Source: Steroidobacteraceae bacterium (GTDB lineage: Bacteria > Pseudomonadota > Gammaproteobacteria > Steroidobacterales > Steroidobacteraceae). Taken from it: a stretch of DNA of 64,000 nucleotides. Shown here in pieces: positions 8,877 through 19,423 of this stretch. The notes under the pieces were generated by a model that made no database searches, was not told where the DNA came from, and saw nothing but the letters and a program-made list of their open reading frames with translations. The stretch spans positions 22,395 to 86,394 of the forward strand of contig JBIOUH010000106.1 in NCBI GenBank assembly GCA_044866955.1, given 5' to 3'. Numbering within the stretch: the stretch's first letter is position 1; each line of letters starts with the position of its first letter. The translations under genes and the position numbers were made by a program.

Positions 8877-10896
8877 GGTTGGTGTCGAGGAACTGCAGGA
8901 TCCGCTCGTACACGTCGCGGCGCGAGTCTTCGTCGTAGACGCCGTGACCTTCGCCCCCGAGCGCCAGCCACTCGACTTTCTTCTGATGCTGCTCCAGCGC
9001 GGCGCGCATGCGCTTGGCGTGCTCGTAGTCCGCGCGCGTGTCGTCCTTGCCGTGGATCAGCAGCACCTGCGCCTTGATGTTCTGCGCCATGTTGACCGGC
9101 GAGCGCGCGCGCAGCTTGGCCATGTCGTCGCCGAGCACGCGCTCCAGGTAGTCGCGGCCGAAGCGCGAGTCCGGAACGTCGCCTGAGCCGAACATCAGCG
9201 GCAGGTCATACACGCCGGCGTAGCCGATCGCGCACCGGTACAGGTCGGGCTCGCGCGCAACACCCATCAGCGCCGCATAACCGCCGTAACTGCCGCCGTA
9301 AATGCAGATGCGGTCGGCGATGGCGATCTTCTGCTCGACCGCCCAGCGCGTCGCGTCGGTGAGGTCGTCCTGCATCTTCGCGCCCCATTCGCCGTAGCCG
9401 GACGTTTCGAAATCGATGCCGTAGCCGCCGCTGCCGCGATAGTTCACCTGCAGCACCGCGTAGCCACGGCTGGCGAGCAGCTGCACTTCCGGATCGTATT
9501 CCCACGTGTCGCGCACGCCGTGCGGGCCGCCGTGCGGCAGCACGATCATCGGATACGGACTGTCGCCGGAGGGGCGCGTCACGTAACCGTGCAATTCCAG
9601 GCCGTCGCGCGCTTTGAATGCGAACGGTTCCTTCGGCCGCATCTGCTTGGGCTCGATCCAGATGCGTCCGCCGCGCAGGAAGTCGGCGCGCTTGCTGACC
9701 GTGTCGAACAGATAGTAGTCGCCGGGGTTGACGTCCGAGTCGACGTACACGACCGCGAGCCGGCCGTCGGCGCTGGTGCTCGTCACGTTGACGCGCTGAT
9801 TGGGAAACGCGCGCTGCAGCGCTTCGTAGGTCTGTGCCGCCGGATCGTCCTCGCGCAGGAAGACATCGGTCTGGCGGTCGGCGTAGCCCATCACGCCGAT
9901 CAGCTCGCGATCGGCAAAGTCTGCGATCACGTCGTCCACGTCGCCGCTCGCAAACGCGAACACCTTTTCGATCTTCCGGGTCTGCAGATCGAGGCGGTAG
10001 AGCGTGTCGTAGGCATCGCCTTCGCGCATGCCGGTCAGATATACCGAGCTGTTGTCGGCGCTGAAGCGCCGCGGCGCGATGGTGTCTTCGGCGAATCCCT
10101 CCAGCCGGAACGAAGTCCACTTGCTGTCGGGCTGCGGCTTCCAGCTGATGGCGAGATCGGAATGCTCGTCGCGGCCGATCGCGAAGCGCACGTTGTCGTC
10201 GTGGTCCAGCAGCAGGTGCGCGCCGCTGAGGGGCGCTGCGTCGATCTTCTGCTTCCGGCCGGTAAAGACATCGAGGCGCGAGATCAGCGGCTTCGTGTCC
10301 GGGTCGTAGATCCACACGTTGCCGAGGTTGCGCCACGGATACTCGGCAATGAGGATGCGCTGCGGATCCTTCGTGAGCGACCTCAGGAACACGGGCGTGG
10401 CGTAGCTCGCCTTGCGCTTGGCGAGACGCGTGTCGAGCGTGCGCTCTTCGGCGCGGTAACCGTACAGCATCCGCATGCCGGTGCCGTCGCGATTGACCGC
10501 GAAGATTTCTCCGGTCGGCGTCGGCCGCACGTTCTCGCGCTGGCGCTGCGCGATCGTGTAGATCAGGCGCGTTGGCGACACCCAGTAGTACTCGTCGATC
10601 TCGCAGTCGTCCTGCACCCGCACGGCGCTGACCGTCCGCTTCTCCTTGAGGTCGATGAACACCACCCGGGAGCGGCCGTATTTGCCGGAGAGCGCGGCGA
10701 TGAACTCGCCGTCGGGGGAGATCTTCACGCCGCCGAATTCGTCGAACTTGGTGAAGTATTCGACGGGCATCGCGCCCGCCCGGACGCTGCTCACGCCGGC
10801 AGTGGGGCTGGGGTTGGTGGTTTGCGGAGTCGCAGTTGTCTGCGCCGCCGCGCCCCCCCAGAAACCCAGGCAGAACAAGACAATGAGGTGACGCAT
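8845..10896 (-). CDS. S9 family (prolyl oligopeptidase / acylaminoacyl peptidase-like) serine peptidase
   Basis: Signal peptide; PHGGPH, NYRGSGGYG, GGSYGG nucleophile, HGKDD, EGHG. Confidence 0.92.
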   Translation of the reverse strand: MRHLIVLFCLGFWGGAAAQTTATPQTTNPSPTAGVSSVRAGAMPVEYFTKFDEFGGVKISPDGEFIAALSGKYGRSRVVFIDLKEKRTVSAVRVQDDCEIDEYYWVSPTRLIYTIAQRQRENVRPTPTGEIFAVNRDGTGMRMLYGYRAEERTLDTRLAKRKASYATPVFLRSLTKDPQRILIAEYPWRNLGNVWIYDPDTKPLISRLDVFTGRKQKIDAAPLSGAHLLLDHDDNVRFAIGRDEHSDLAISWKPQPDSKWTSFRLEGFAEDTIAPRRFSADNSSVYLTGMREGDAYDTLYRLDLQTRKIEKVFAFASGDVDDVIADFADRELIGVMGYADRQTDVFLREDDPAAQTYEALQRAFPNQRVNVTSTSADGRLAVVYVDSDVNPGDYYLFDTVSKRADFLRGGRIWIEPKQMRPKEPFAFKARDGLELHGYVTRPSGDSPYPMIVLPHGGPHGVRDTWEYDPEVQLLASRGYAVLQVNYRGSGGYGIDFETSGYGEWGAKMQDDLTDATRWAVEQKIAIADRICIYGGSYGGYAALMGVAREPDLYRCAIGYAGVYDLPLMFGSGDVPDSRFGRDYLERVLGDDMAKLRARSPVNMAQNIKAQVLLIHGKDDTRADYEHAKRMRAALEQHQKKVEWLALGGEGHGVYDEDSRRDVYERILQFLDTNLRTPQPVASQ

Positions 10897-10978
10897 GTCA
10901 GCTCCCTGTCCCGTTGTACTCGTATTTGCCCGGGGATTCTAGGCAGGTGCCCGGCCGCCCCGGGAACGCGGGTTGGGC

Positions 10979-12536
10979 CTACCGCGCTGAGGTCGCGGCC
11001 TTCATGAGGTTCGCGTCGAGGAATTGCAGGATCCGCTCGTACACCTCGCGGCGAGTGCCCTCGTCATAGGCGGCGTGACCTTCGTCGCTGAGTGCCAGCC
11101 ACTCCACCTTCTTCTGGTTCTGCTCCAGCGCTGCGCGCATGCGCCTGGCGTGCTCGTAGTCAGCGCGCCCGTCCACCCGGCCGTGAATGAGGAGCACGGG
11201 TGCCTTGCACGTTGTAGATCGGCGATTGCGCACGCAATTTCGCCACGTCGCTGCCGAGCACTGCCTCCAGGTAGGCTTGGCCGCGGCGCGAGTCCGGGAC
11301 ATTCGCCCGATTCCCACATGAGAGGCAGGTCGTACACGCCCGCGTAACCGATCGCGCATCGGTACAGCTCAGGCTCGCGCGCGACGCCCATCAGCGCGGC
11401 AAACCCGCCGTAACTGACGCCGTAGATGCAAATGCGGTCCGCGGGGGCGATCTTCTGCTCGATCGCCCAGCGCGTCGCGTCGGTGACGTCGTCCTGCATC
11501 CGCGCCCCACTCGCGATAGCCGGCACTCTCGAAATCCATCCCATAGCCGCCGCTGCCGCGATAGTTCACCTGCAGTACGGTGTAGCCGCGGCTCGCAAGC
11601 AGCTGCACTTCCGGATCGTATTCCCACTTGTCGCGTACACCGTGCGGTCCTCCGTGTGGCAGTACCACCATGGGATGCGGGCCGTCGCCGGTGGCGCGGG
11701 TGACATAACCCTGCAACTCCATACCGTCGCGGGCCTGCAGCGAGATTGGCTCTTTCGGCCGCATCTGCTTAGGCTCGATCCCAGACGCGTCCGGCGCGCA
11801 GGAAGTCCGCGTGCTTGGTCACGGTGTCGAACAGGTAATAGTCGCCCGGGTTCACGTCGGACTCGACGAACAGGACGACCTGCCGCCCATCGTCGCTCGC
11901 ACTGGTGACACGCACTTGCTGCTTGGGGAAAGCGCGCTCCAGCGCCTGGTAAGTCTGTGCGGCGGCGTTGTCCTTGAGCAGCCAGAAATTGGCCTGCCGC
12001 TCCGCATACCCGGTCACGCCGATGATCTCGCGATCGGTGAAGTCGGTGATGATCCCGCGACGTCCGTGCCGTCGAACGCGTGCACCTTCTCGAGCTGCTG
12101 CGTCTGCAGGTCCAGCCGGAACAACGCCTCGTACTTCTCGCCCTCGCGCACGCCCGTCAGGTACACCGAGCGGTTGTCGCTCCGCGGATCTCGCCGGTCG
12201 GGATCGGCCGGACCTCGCCGGGCTAGCGCTGCGCGATCGTGTAGATCAGGCGCGTCGGCGCGACCCAGTAGTACTCGCCGATCTCGCAGTACTCCGGCAC
12301 GCCGACGGTGGCCACGGTTTTCTTGTTCTTCAGGTCCTGAAACACCAGCATCGAGCGGCCGTACTTGCCGGTGAGCGCCGCGATGAACTCGCCGTCCGGC
12401 GAGATCTGCACGCCGCCGAACTCGTCCCATTTCGTGAAGTACTCGAGCGGGCGGGTCCCGGCGCGGCTGCGGGCGGCGTTTGCCCGAAAGCGCCCGCGCA
12501 GAACAATACGCAAGACGCGAGAGCGAAATGACGCAT
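10979..12536 (-). pseudogene. Degraded tandem paralog of the S9 peptidase
   Basis: Colinear fragments in several frames (MRHFALA, EYFTKWDEFGGVQISPDGEF, SDNRSVYLTG, PHGGPHG, GVSYGG, DEGHAAY). In-frame TAG at 12223-12225, an internal deletion of roughly 0.44 kb, and multiple frameshifts. Confidence 0.85.
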
Positions 12537-12683
12537 GGCAAGCTTCCTGCACCGCTGTGGACGTTCTAGTTGTGCGGGCATTCTAACGGAAGCGGCCCCC
12601 ATGGCAGATCTATAGGGAACAATTTACCCGCCTCGTCGGTATCAACGGTTGGCGCAAGATGCCGGCTGGGAAACGACCAAAAC

Positions 12684-14072
12684 ATGACGAGGGTGTGGCG
12701 CTGTCTGCGTGCTTGGGGTGTCCTGGTCTGCGTACTGGGGCTCACTGCCTGTTCCAACGGCCGCGGCAGCCTGGACGAGCCCGACGGCGGTCAGCAGCAG
12801 GAGCCGGGCAAGGTCACGATCGGCGGCACCATTGCGGGGCTCTCGGGCGCCGGCCTGGTGCTGCAGAACAATGGCGGCGACGATCTGGCCGTGTCGGCCA
12901 ACGGCTCTTTCACCTTCGAGACCGCTGTCGATGCCGGCTCGCTCTACAACATCACGGTTCTCACGCAGCCGGGAAGCCCTGCGCAGTTGTGCTCGGTCGC
13001 GAACTCTAGCGGCACGGCGCCGACCACCAACGTCACCAGCGTGAGCGTCACGTGCAGCACGGGCTCATTCACGGTCGGCGGCACCGTATCCGGGCTCGTG
13101 GGCAGCGGACTCGTCCTGCGCAACAACGGCGCTGACGATCTCGAGATTGCATCGAACGGCAGCTTCACGTTCGCGACCGAGGTCGCCAGCGGCGCCGCCT
13201 TCGAGGTCGCAGTCGCGACTCAGCCGGGTTCCCCGTCGCAAACGTGCACGGTCGCAGATGGCAGCGGAACGGTGGCTGGCGGCAACGTGCGCACTGTCAC
13301 GGTCAGCTGCGCGACGAACACCTTCGCGATCCGCGGCACGGTCAGCGGCCTCGCAGGCTCGGGGCTCGTGCTTCAGAACAACGGCGGCGACGACGTCGGG
13401 GTGCAGTCCGATGGCGGTTTTGAGTTCGCGACGGGCATCCCGAGCGGCTCGCAATACAGCGTCACGGTCATGACGCAGCCGGAGAGTCCCCCGCAAGCAT
13501 GCACCGTGCAGAACGGGTCGGGCACCGTCGTGGATGCCGACGTCGAGAACATCACCGTCACTTGCGTGCTGCGCGAGTTCACGATCGGCGGCACGCTCAG
13601 CGGACTGGTGGGCTCCGGCCTCGTCCTGGCGAACAACGCCGGCGACCAGATCACGCCGACGGCGGACGGCCCATTCACGTTCCCGACTACCGTCGCCACG
13701 GGACGGATCTACAATGTGACCGTGCAGATTCCGCCCATTCGTCCCTTGCAGTTGTGTCGAGTGTTCGACGGCAGCGGTGTCGTCGCCGAGAGCAACATCA
13801 CCAACGTCAGGATCGAGTGCGTCACCATCGGCATCGGCGTCGGCGGCGCGGTCTCCGGCCTGCAGGGTAAGGGCCTGGAGCTGCAGAGCAACGGCGAGAA
13901 GCTGCAGATCGCTGCGAACGGCAAGTTTCTCATTCCGGCCTCGTTGCCCGATGGCACTCCCTATGACCTCACGGTCAGCAAGCAGCCCGCGAATCAGGTA
14001 TGCACCGTCCGCAACGGACGCGGCGTGCTCAACGGAACGGATGCTGTCGACGTGACCGTCACCTGCAAGTGA
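12684..14072 (+). CDS. Lipoprotein made of five ~85-aa beta-rich (Ig-like) repeats
   Basis: Lipobox LTAC; five copies of GGTxSGLxGxGLVLxNN...QP...C.V.NGSG...V.VTC. Confidence 0.85.
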   Translation: MTRVWRCLRAWGVLVCVLGLTACSNGRGSLDEPDGGQQQEPGKVTIGGTIAGLSGAGLVLQNNGGDDLAVSANGSFTFETAVDAGSLYNITVLTQPGSPAQLCSVANSSGTAPTTNVTSVSVTCSTGSFTVGGTVSGLVGSGLVLRNNGADDLEIASNGSFTFATEVASGAAFEVAVATQPGSPSQTCTVADGSGTVAGGNVRTVTVSCATNTFAIRGTVSGLAGSGLVLQNNGGDDVGVQSDGGFEFATGIPSGSQYSVTVMTQPESPPQACTVQNGSGTVVDADVENITVTCVLREFTIGGTLSGLVGSGLVLANNAGDQITPTADGPFTFPTTVATGRIYNVTVQIPPIRPLQLCRVFDGSGVVAESNITNVRIECVTIGIGVGGAVSGLQGKGLELQSNGEKLQIAANGKFLIPASLPDGTPYDLTVSKQPANQVCTVRNGRGVLNGTDAVDVTVTCK

Positions 14073-14719
14073 GCGACCCGGTCCTCTATGGACTGGCGCG
14101 CAGCGTGTACACGCGCATTGCGCGACTCGTGCTCGAAGAGAAGGGAGTGCGCTACACGCTGGAGGAAGTCGAGATCTTCGGATCGGCCGGCGTTCCTGCC
14201 GAGCACCTGGCGCGGCAGCCGTTCGGCCGCATCCCGGCATTCGCACACGACGGCTTCATGCTGTACGAGACCGACGCGATCACGCGTTACATCGACGAAG
14301 CTTTCACCGGCACACGTTTGCAGCCGCAGGAGCCGCGAGCCCGCGCGCGCATGAACCAGGTGATCGCGATCATCGATTCGTACGCGTATCGGCCGATGAT
14401 CTGGGGCGTGTTCGCGGCGCGCATCGTTGCGCCGGAAGAGGGCATCGCGCCGAACGAGATGCTCGTCGCCGAATCGCTGACGCGGTCGCGCACCTGCTGT
14501 CGGGCGCTCGAGGAAATTCTGGGAACGAGCCGCTACTTCGCGGGCGACGAAGTCACGCTGGCGGATCTGCACGCGTTGCCGATCCTGTTGTATTTCTCGA
14601 TGACGCACGAAGGGCGCGAAACGTTGTCGGCGCATCCGCGCCTGCGCGCCTGGCTCGACGCCGCCGCGGCACGTCCGAGCGTGCAGCGGACCCGGGCGAA
14701 GTTCGAGCTCGCCCGCTGA
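14069..14719 (+). CDS. Glutathione S-transferase family protein
   Basis: GTGA overlap with upstream stop; SVYTRIARLVLEEKG, PFGRIP, LYETDAITRYID, YFAGDEVTLADL. Confidence 0.9.
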   Translation: MSDPVLYGLARSVYTRIARLVLEEKGVRYTLEEVEIFGSAGVPAEHLARQPFGRIPAFAHDGFMLYETDAITRYIDEAFTGTRLQPQEPRARARMNQVIAIIDSYAYRPMIWGVFAARIVAPEEGIAPNEMLVAESLTRSRTCCRALEEILGTSRYFAGDEVTLADLHALPILLYFSMTHEGRETLSAHPRLRAWLDAAAARPSVQRTRAKFELAR

Positions 14720-14728
14720 CCCTGCGCT

Positions 14729-15271
14729 TCAGCGACGGCCGTCCACGAGTATGAAGGCGATGCGCGCGACGGCGCCGGAACGATTCGCCCACGCGTGATT
14801 CGTGCCGCGCTGAATCAGGATGTCGCCCGCGCGCATGACGGTTTCGCCTTCGTCCATGATCGCGACCAGCTCTCCCTGCAACACGATCGCGTAGTCGATC
14901 GTATCCGTGACGTGCATGCCGGGATGACGCGCGTGCGAGGAATCGTGCTTCGCATCGGCGAACATGGCTTTGAACACTGCTTCGGTCGCGCGCTGGTGAG
15001 CTGCGGGGTCAGGGTCTTCCGGCGGGATATCGATCACGCGCAGCACCGTGCCGCCCTGCGGCGGCAGCACACCGCGATGCTCGAGCACAGTGTCGGCCGC
15101 GTCGACCGGGGCAGGGCTGCCGACTGTGCGCCAGAGGTTGTTGTTGCGGTATCCCTCGCGTCCCTGCATCGTCAACATCGCCGGCGAGACGCCGTCTTCG
15201 GCAATGTACGAGCGGCCATGGGCGTCGATGCCGGTGACGATGCGTCGCACCGGCGGAAGAGACGTCGGCAT
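14729..15271 (-). CDS. Cupin domain protein
   Basis: VRRIVTG N-terminus; MHVTDTIDYAIVLQGE and GDILIQRGTNHAW cupin motifs. Confidence 0.85.
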   Translation of the reverse strand: MPTSLPPVRRIVTGIDAHGRSYIAEDGVSPAMLTMQGREGYRNNNLWRTVGSPAPVDAADTVLEHRGVLPPQGGTVLRVIDIPPEDPDPAAHQRATEAVFKAMFADAKHDSSHARHPGMHVTDTIDYAIVLQGELVAIMDEGETVMRAGDILIQRGTNHAWANRSGAVARIAFILVDGRR

Positions 15272-15282
15272 GCAGCGGTCTC

Positions 15283-15696
15283 CTATTTCGCGAACAGCCG
15301 CGACGGATCCTTGAAGGCCTTGAACTCGAGCGCGTTGCCCGATGGATCGTAGAGGAAGAAGGTCGCCTGCTCGCCGACCTCGCCGCGAAAGCGAATGCCG
15401 GGCTCGATGACGAAGCGCGTGTCGCCGTCGCGCAGCCGCGCGGCGAGCTCGTGCCAGTCGTCCCAGTCCAGCACTACGCCGAAGTGCGGCACCGGCACGT
15501 CCTTGCCGTCCACTTCGTTGAAGTGCAGCGCGCGGCGCGTCGGATCGATGTGCGCGACCAGCTGATGACCGAAGAAATCGAAATCGACCCATTCCGCCGA
15601 GCTGCGCCCTTCGGCACAACCGAACAGGCGCCCATAGAAGGCGCGCGCGGCGCCGAGGTCGTGGACAGGAATCGCGAGATGAAAAGGTGCGGGCAT
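15283..15696 (-). CDS. VOC (glyoxalase/extradiol dioxygenase) family protein
   Basis: [39 protein letters not shown]. Confidence 0.9.
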   Translation of the reverse strand: MPAPFHLAIPVHDLGAARAFYGRLFGCAEGRSSAEWVDFDFFGHQLVAHIDPTRRALHFNEVDGKDVPVPHFGVVLDWDDWHELAARLRDGDTRFVIEPGIRFRGEVGEQATFFLYDPSGNALEFKAFKDPSRLFAK

Positions 15697-15795
15697 GTCC
15701 GTATCAATAAATCTTAGCGAGTGTCCGCGTCAACTGCAGTGCGCAACGCGCGTACAATGCGCGGTCTTCGTTTGCTCCCGCCGAGGTGTCCGTCC

Positions 15796-18087
15796 ATGCA
15801 TCAAGCATTCTGGAAATCCTGCACTCTGCTCGCATCTGCGCTGCTCGCTGCCGGCGGCGCGTGGGCCGCGACGACCGACACCGCGGAGCGATCGCTGGAG
15901 CAGAAATTCGACGCGCAGCTGCAGCCTTCGGACCTCGAGGCCTGGATGAAGCAGATGTCCGCCAAGCCGAACCACGTCGGCGCGCCGCACGACAAGGAGA
16001 ACGCAGAGTTCACCCAGCAGCAGTTCCGCTCGTGGGGCTGGGACGCGCAGATCGAGACGTACGACGTGCTGTACCCGACCCTCAAGCAGCACAGTCTCGA
16101 GCTGGTGGCGCCGACACACTTCGTCGCTTCGCTCAAGGAGCCACCGGTCGAAGGCGACGCGACGTCGACGCAGACCGACGGCTTGCCGCCGTATCACGCG
16201 TATGGCGGCGACGGCGACGTGACCGCGCCGCTCGTCTACGTGAACTTCGGCATGCCGGACGATTACGAGGAACTCGCCCGGCGCAACATCGACGTCAAAG
16301 GCAAGATCGTCATCGTGCGCTACGGCGCCGGCTGGCGCGGCCTGAAGCCGAAGCTCGCGCAGGAGCACGGGGCGGTCGGCTGTCTCATCTATTCCGATCC
16401 GCACGAGGACGGTTATTTCAACGGCGACACCTATCCGAAGGGCGGCTGGCGTCCGCCGCAGGGCGTGCAGCGAGGCTCGGTGCTCGACCTGCCGGTCGCC
16501 CCGGGCGATCCACTGACGCCGAATATCGGCGCGACCAAGAACGCCAAGCGGCTGAAGCTCGAGCAGGCGAAGACGATCCTGAAGATTCCGGTGATGCCGA
16601 TCTCGTACGCGGATGCGCAGCCCTTGCTCGCTGCGCTCGGTGGACCGGTCGCGCCGTCCGAGTGGCGCGGCGCGCTGCCTATCACGTATCACGTCGGCCC
16701 GGGGCCCGCGACCGTGCATCTGTCGATCCAGTCCGACTGGAGCACCAAGCCGGCGTATGACGTGGTCGCGAAGATCACCGGCTCGACGAAGCCCGACGAA
16801 TGGGTCGTGCGCGGCAATCATCGCGACGGCTGGGTGTTCGGCGCGGGCGATCCCCTGTCCGGACATGGTGCGATGATGGCCGAGGCGAAGGCGATCGGTG
16901 CGCTGCTCAAGGACGGCTGGCGCCCGAAGCGCACGATCGTCTACACGAGCTGGGACGGCGAAGAGCCGGGTCTGCTCGGCTCGACCGAGTGGGCCGAAGG
17001 TCATGCCGAGGAGCTGCAGCGCAAGGCGGTCGTCTACATCAATTCGGACGGCAACACGCGCGGCTTCCTTTCGGCTGGCGGCAGCCACTCGCTGCAACGT
17101 CTCGTCAACGAAGTGGCGAAGGACGTGAAGGATCCGCAGACGCAGGTGAGCGTGAAGGAGCGCCTCGATGCGCTCAGCATGGTCAAGGGCTATCGCAAAG
17201 GGGCTTCGAGCGGCGACAAGGACGACGCGAGAAAGGCGGCTGCCGGCGACGACTTCGCGCTCGCTGCGCTCGGCTCGGGCTCGGACTTCACGCCGTTCCT
17301 GCAGCATCTCGGCCTCACGACGCTGCATCTCGGCTACGGCGGCGAAGACGATACGGATGGCGTGTATCACTCCAACTACGATTCGTTCGATCACTACCGG
17401 CGGTTCGGCGACCCAGGCTTCGTGTACGGCGTTGCGCTGGCGCAGACGATCGGGCGGCTGACGCTGCGCATCGCGGACGCGGACGTGTTGCCCATGGAGT
17501 TCGGCAGCTTCGCGGACACGATCGATGGGTACGTGAAGGAGCTGCACGAGCTCGCCGACGGCAAGCGCAAGCAGGCCGAGGATCTGGGCAGGCTGCTCGA
17601 CAAGAAGGCGTTCGAGCTGGCCGCGGATCCGACACGGCGCGTCGGCCCGCCGGAGCGCGAGCCGGAAGTGCCGTATCTCAGTCTTGCGGCGCTCGACAAT
17701 GCGGTCGCACGCGTGAAGAAGAGTGCGAAGGCTTACGACGATGCATACGCGGCGTTCGCCGCGCGCGGCACTGGCCTCAGCGCGGCGCAAACCACGCAGC
17801 TCAATTCACTGCTGCGCGGCCTGGAAGGGACGCTCACGAACACGCGCGGCTTACCCGGTCGCGAGTGGTATCGGCATTACATCTATGCACCGGGCCTGCT
17901 TACAGGCTACGGCGTCAAGACGCTGCCGGGCGTGCGCGAGGCGATCGAAGACAACAAGTGGGATCAGGCGAACGAGTTTGCGGTGCTCACTGCGGACGTG
18001 CTCGCGAAGTACTGCGATCGCCTCGACCAGGCGACAGCACTGTTGCCGGGCGCGGCTACTTCGGCGCCTGGTAAAACGCGTCCTTGA
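15796..18087 (+). CDS. M28 peptidase, glutamate carboxypeptidase II / transferrin-receptor-like
   Basis: Signal peptide; PA domain (YVNFG, GKIVIVRYG); GNHRDGW, GAGDP, WDGEE, GSTEW, GSDF, YHS; C-terminal HYIYAPG. Confidence 0.92.
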   Translation: MHQAFWKSCTLLASALLAAGGAWAATTDTAERSLEQKFDAQLQPSDLEAWMKQMSAKPNHVGAPHDKENAEFTQQQFRSWGWDAQIETYDVLYPTLKQHSLELVAPTHFVASLKEPPVEGDATSTQTDGLPPYHAYGGDGDVTAPLVYVNFGMPDDYEELARRNIDVKGKIVIVRYGAGWRGLKPKLAQEHGAVGCLIYSDPHEDGYFNGDTYPKGGWRPPQGVQRGSVLDLPVAPGDPLTPNIGATKNAKRLKLEQAKTILKIPVMPISYADAQPLLAALGGPVAPSEWRGALPITYHVGPGPATVHLSIQSDWSTKPAYDVVAKITGSTKPDEWVVRGNHRDGWVFGAGDPLSGHGAMMAEAKAIGALLKDGWRPKRTIVYTSWDGEEPGLLGSTEWAEGHAEELQRKAVVYINSDGNTRGFLSAGGSHSLQRLVNEVAKDVKDPQTQVSVKERLDALSMVKGYRKGASSGDKDDARKAAAGDDFALAALGSGSDFTPFLQHLGLTTLHLGYGGEDDTDGVYHSNYDSFDHYRRFGDPGFVYGVALAQTIGRLTLRIADADVLPMEFGSFADTIDGYVKELHELADGKRKQAEDLGRLLDKKAFELAADPTRRVGPPEREPEVPYLSLAALDNAVARVKKSAKAYDDAYAAFAARGTGLSAAQTTQLNSLLRGLEGTLTNTRGLPGREWYRHYIYAPGLLTGYGVKTLPGVREAIEDNKWDQANEFAVLTADVLAKYCDRLDQATALLPGAATSAPGKTRP

Positions 18088-19087
18088 TCAGGCCCTCGAT
18101 CGACTCGTCGAAGTACTCCTGATTGTGCGGATCGTCGCCGGCAAATCGCCGGCGATACTCCGCGACGTCGATCTGCGGGCGGACGTCTTCGAGGCGCGCC
18201 GACAGACTGCCGATGCGCACGATGGCCGCATTCACCTGGCCGACGATCGTCTCGATCATCTCGACCACGGCGCGCAGGTACGACGTGTCGTGCATCACGT
18301 CGCCGTGACCCGGCACGATTGCCTTCGCGTCCAGTTCCAGCAACCGGCGCAGCGTGCGCGCGAGGCCTTCGGGATAGCCCGCGAAGAAATACGGCACCGG
18401 AGCGACCAACACGTCGCCGGTCACGAGGGTCTGTTCCTTCGGCAGCCAGGCCCACGCGTCGCCGCGCGTGTCGCCGATGCCCGTGTGACGGATCTCGACG
18501 ATGCGATTGCCGAGATCGAGATCCAGCTCGCTCTCGAACGTAAGCGTCGGCAGTTGCAGCCGCGAGCGCTCGAGCTCGGCGAGCACGCGAGTGCGCCCGT
18601 CGACCGTCTTCTGCAACTCCGCATCCGGTTTCTTCTGCAGCGTCTCCTGCATTTTCTGCAGCAGGCGGGGATAGCGCTCGCGATTAGCGGCGTCATACGA
18701 CGCCATCAGCTTCGCAGTCTGCGCGTGCGCAACGATCGTCAGCTCGGGAAACGCGTCGGCGTAGACGGAATTGCCGCGCTGATGATCCGGATGCCAATGA
18801 GTGTTGAGCAGGTAGCGCACGGGCCGGTCGGTCCAGCCCCGGATCTGCGCGATGTCTTCGGCGGCGCTCGATGGCAGGTAGCCGGAATCCACGACGAGCA
18901 CGGCGCGCTCGCCGATGATGACAGTGGTGTTACCTTGCGGATTGGTATCCGGCGAGTCGGCGTGCCGGATGGAATAGACGCCTTCGGCAACCTTCGTGAC
19001 GCTTCGCTGCGTCGTCACCGATGAATCCGCGCCGGCGACGCCGGCAGCCAGGAAACTCGCACCGAGTGCGACGAGCAGGCGCTGCAT
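18056..19087 (-). CDS. Secreted MBL-fold metallo-hydrolase
   Basis: Signal peptide; THWHPDH, TGD, PGHG. Confidence 0.85.
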   Translation of the reverse strand: MQRLLVALGASFLAAGVAGADSSVTTQRSVTKVAEGVYSIRHADSPDTNPQGNTTVIIGERAVLVVDSGYLPSSAAEDIAQIRGWTDRPVRYLLNTHWHPDHQRGNSVYADAFPELTIVAHAQTAKLMASYDAANRERYPRLLQKMQETLQKKPDAELQKTVDGRTRVLAELERSRLQLPTLTFESELDLDLGNRIVEIRHTGIGDTRGDAWAWLPKEQTLVTGDVLVAPVPYFFAGYPEGLARTLRRLLELDAKAIVPGHGDVMHDTSYLRAVVEMIETIVGQVNAAIVRIGSLSARLEDVRPQIDVAEYRRRFAGDDPHNQEYFDESIEGLIKDAFYQAPK

Positions 19088-19221
19088 GCGGTGAAGTGTG
19101 CAACGCCCCGACGCGTCGCGGGAGGGCGCTGGTGGTCAGAATTTGCGAAAAGTGGCCGGGGTTTCGGCTTGGGCTCGTACCGCGAGGGTACGAAGCGGAG
19201 GATGCGGGTCGCGGGGCCAAG

Positions 19222-19256
19222 ACTGCCGGCGCGCTTTCATTCGCAACGCCGGCAGT
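19222..19256. repeat. Inverted repeat downstream of the small ORF (possible terminator or stabiliser)
   Basis: ACTGCCGGCG ... CGCCGGCAGT, a 10-bp stem with no strong U-tract. Confidence 0.4.
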
Positions 19257-19267
19257 GGGCTCCAGGG

Positions 19268-19423
19268 TTACTGGATCTGGGTAACCGTGACCGAGTAGCC
19301 GGGGTGGGCAGCCATCTCCGCTCCGTACGCCCCGAGGCTGAGCCACAAGGTGACGATCACAGCGGACACCACGGTGCAAACGGTGCGCTGCGTGGTCCGG
19401 CTCATCTGGGTGAGGGCATACAT
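19268..19423 (-). CDS. Small hypothetical protein (51 aa) with one hydrophobic helix
   Basis: TAAGGAG RBS 6 nt before ATG; MYALTQMSRTTQRTVCTVVSAVIVTLWLSLGAYGAEMAAHPGYSVTVTQIQ. Confidence 0.65.
   Translation of the reverse strand: MYALTQMSRTTQRTVCTVVSAVIVTLWLSLGAYGAEMAAHPGYSVTVTQIQ

Noticed and set aside
18056-19087. Class B metallo-beta-lactamase resistance gene
   Set aside because: Generic MBL fold; the downstream His ligand position appears to be Asp (GIGDTRGD), so beta-lactamase activity is unsupported.
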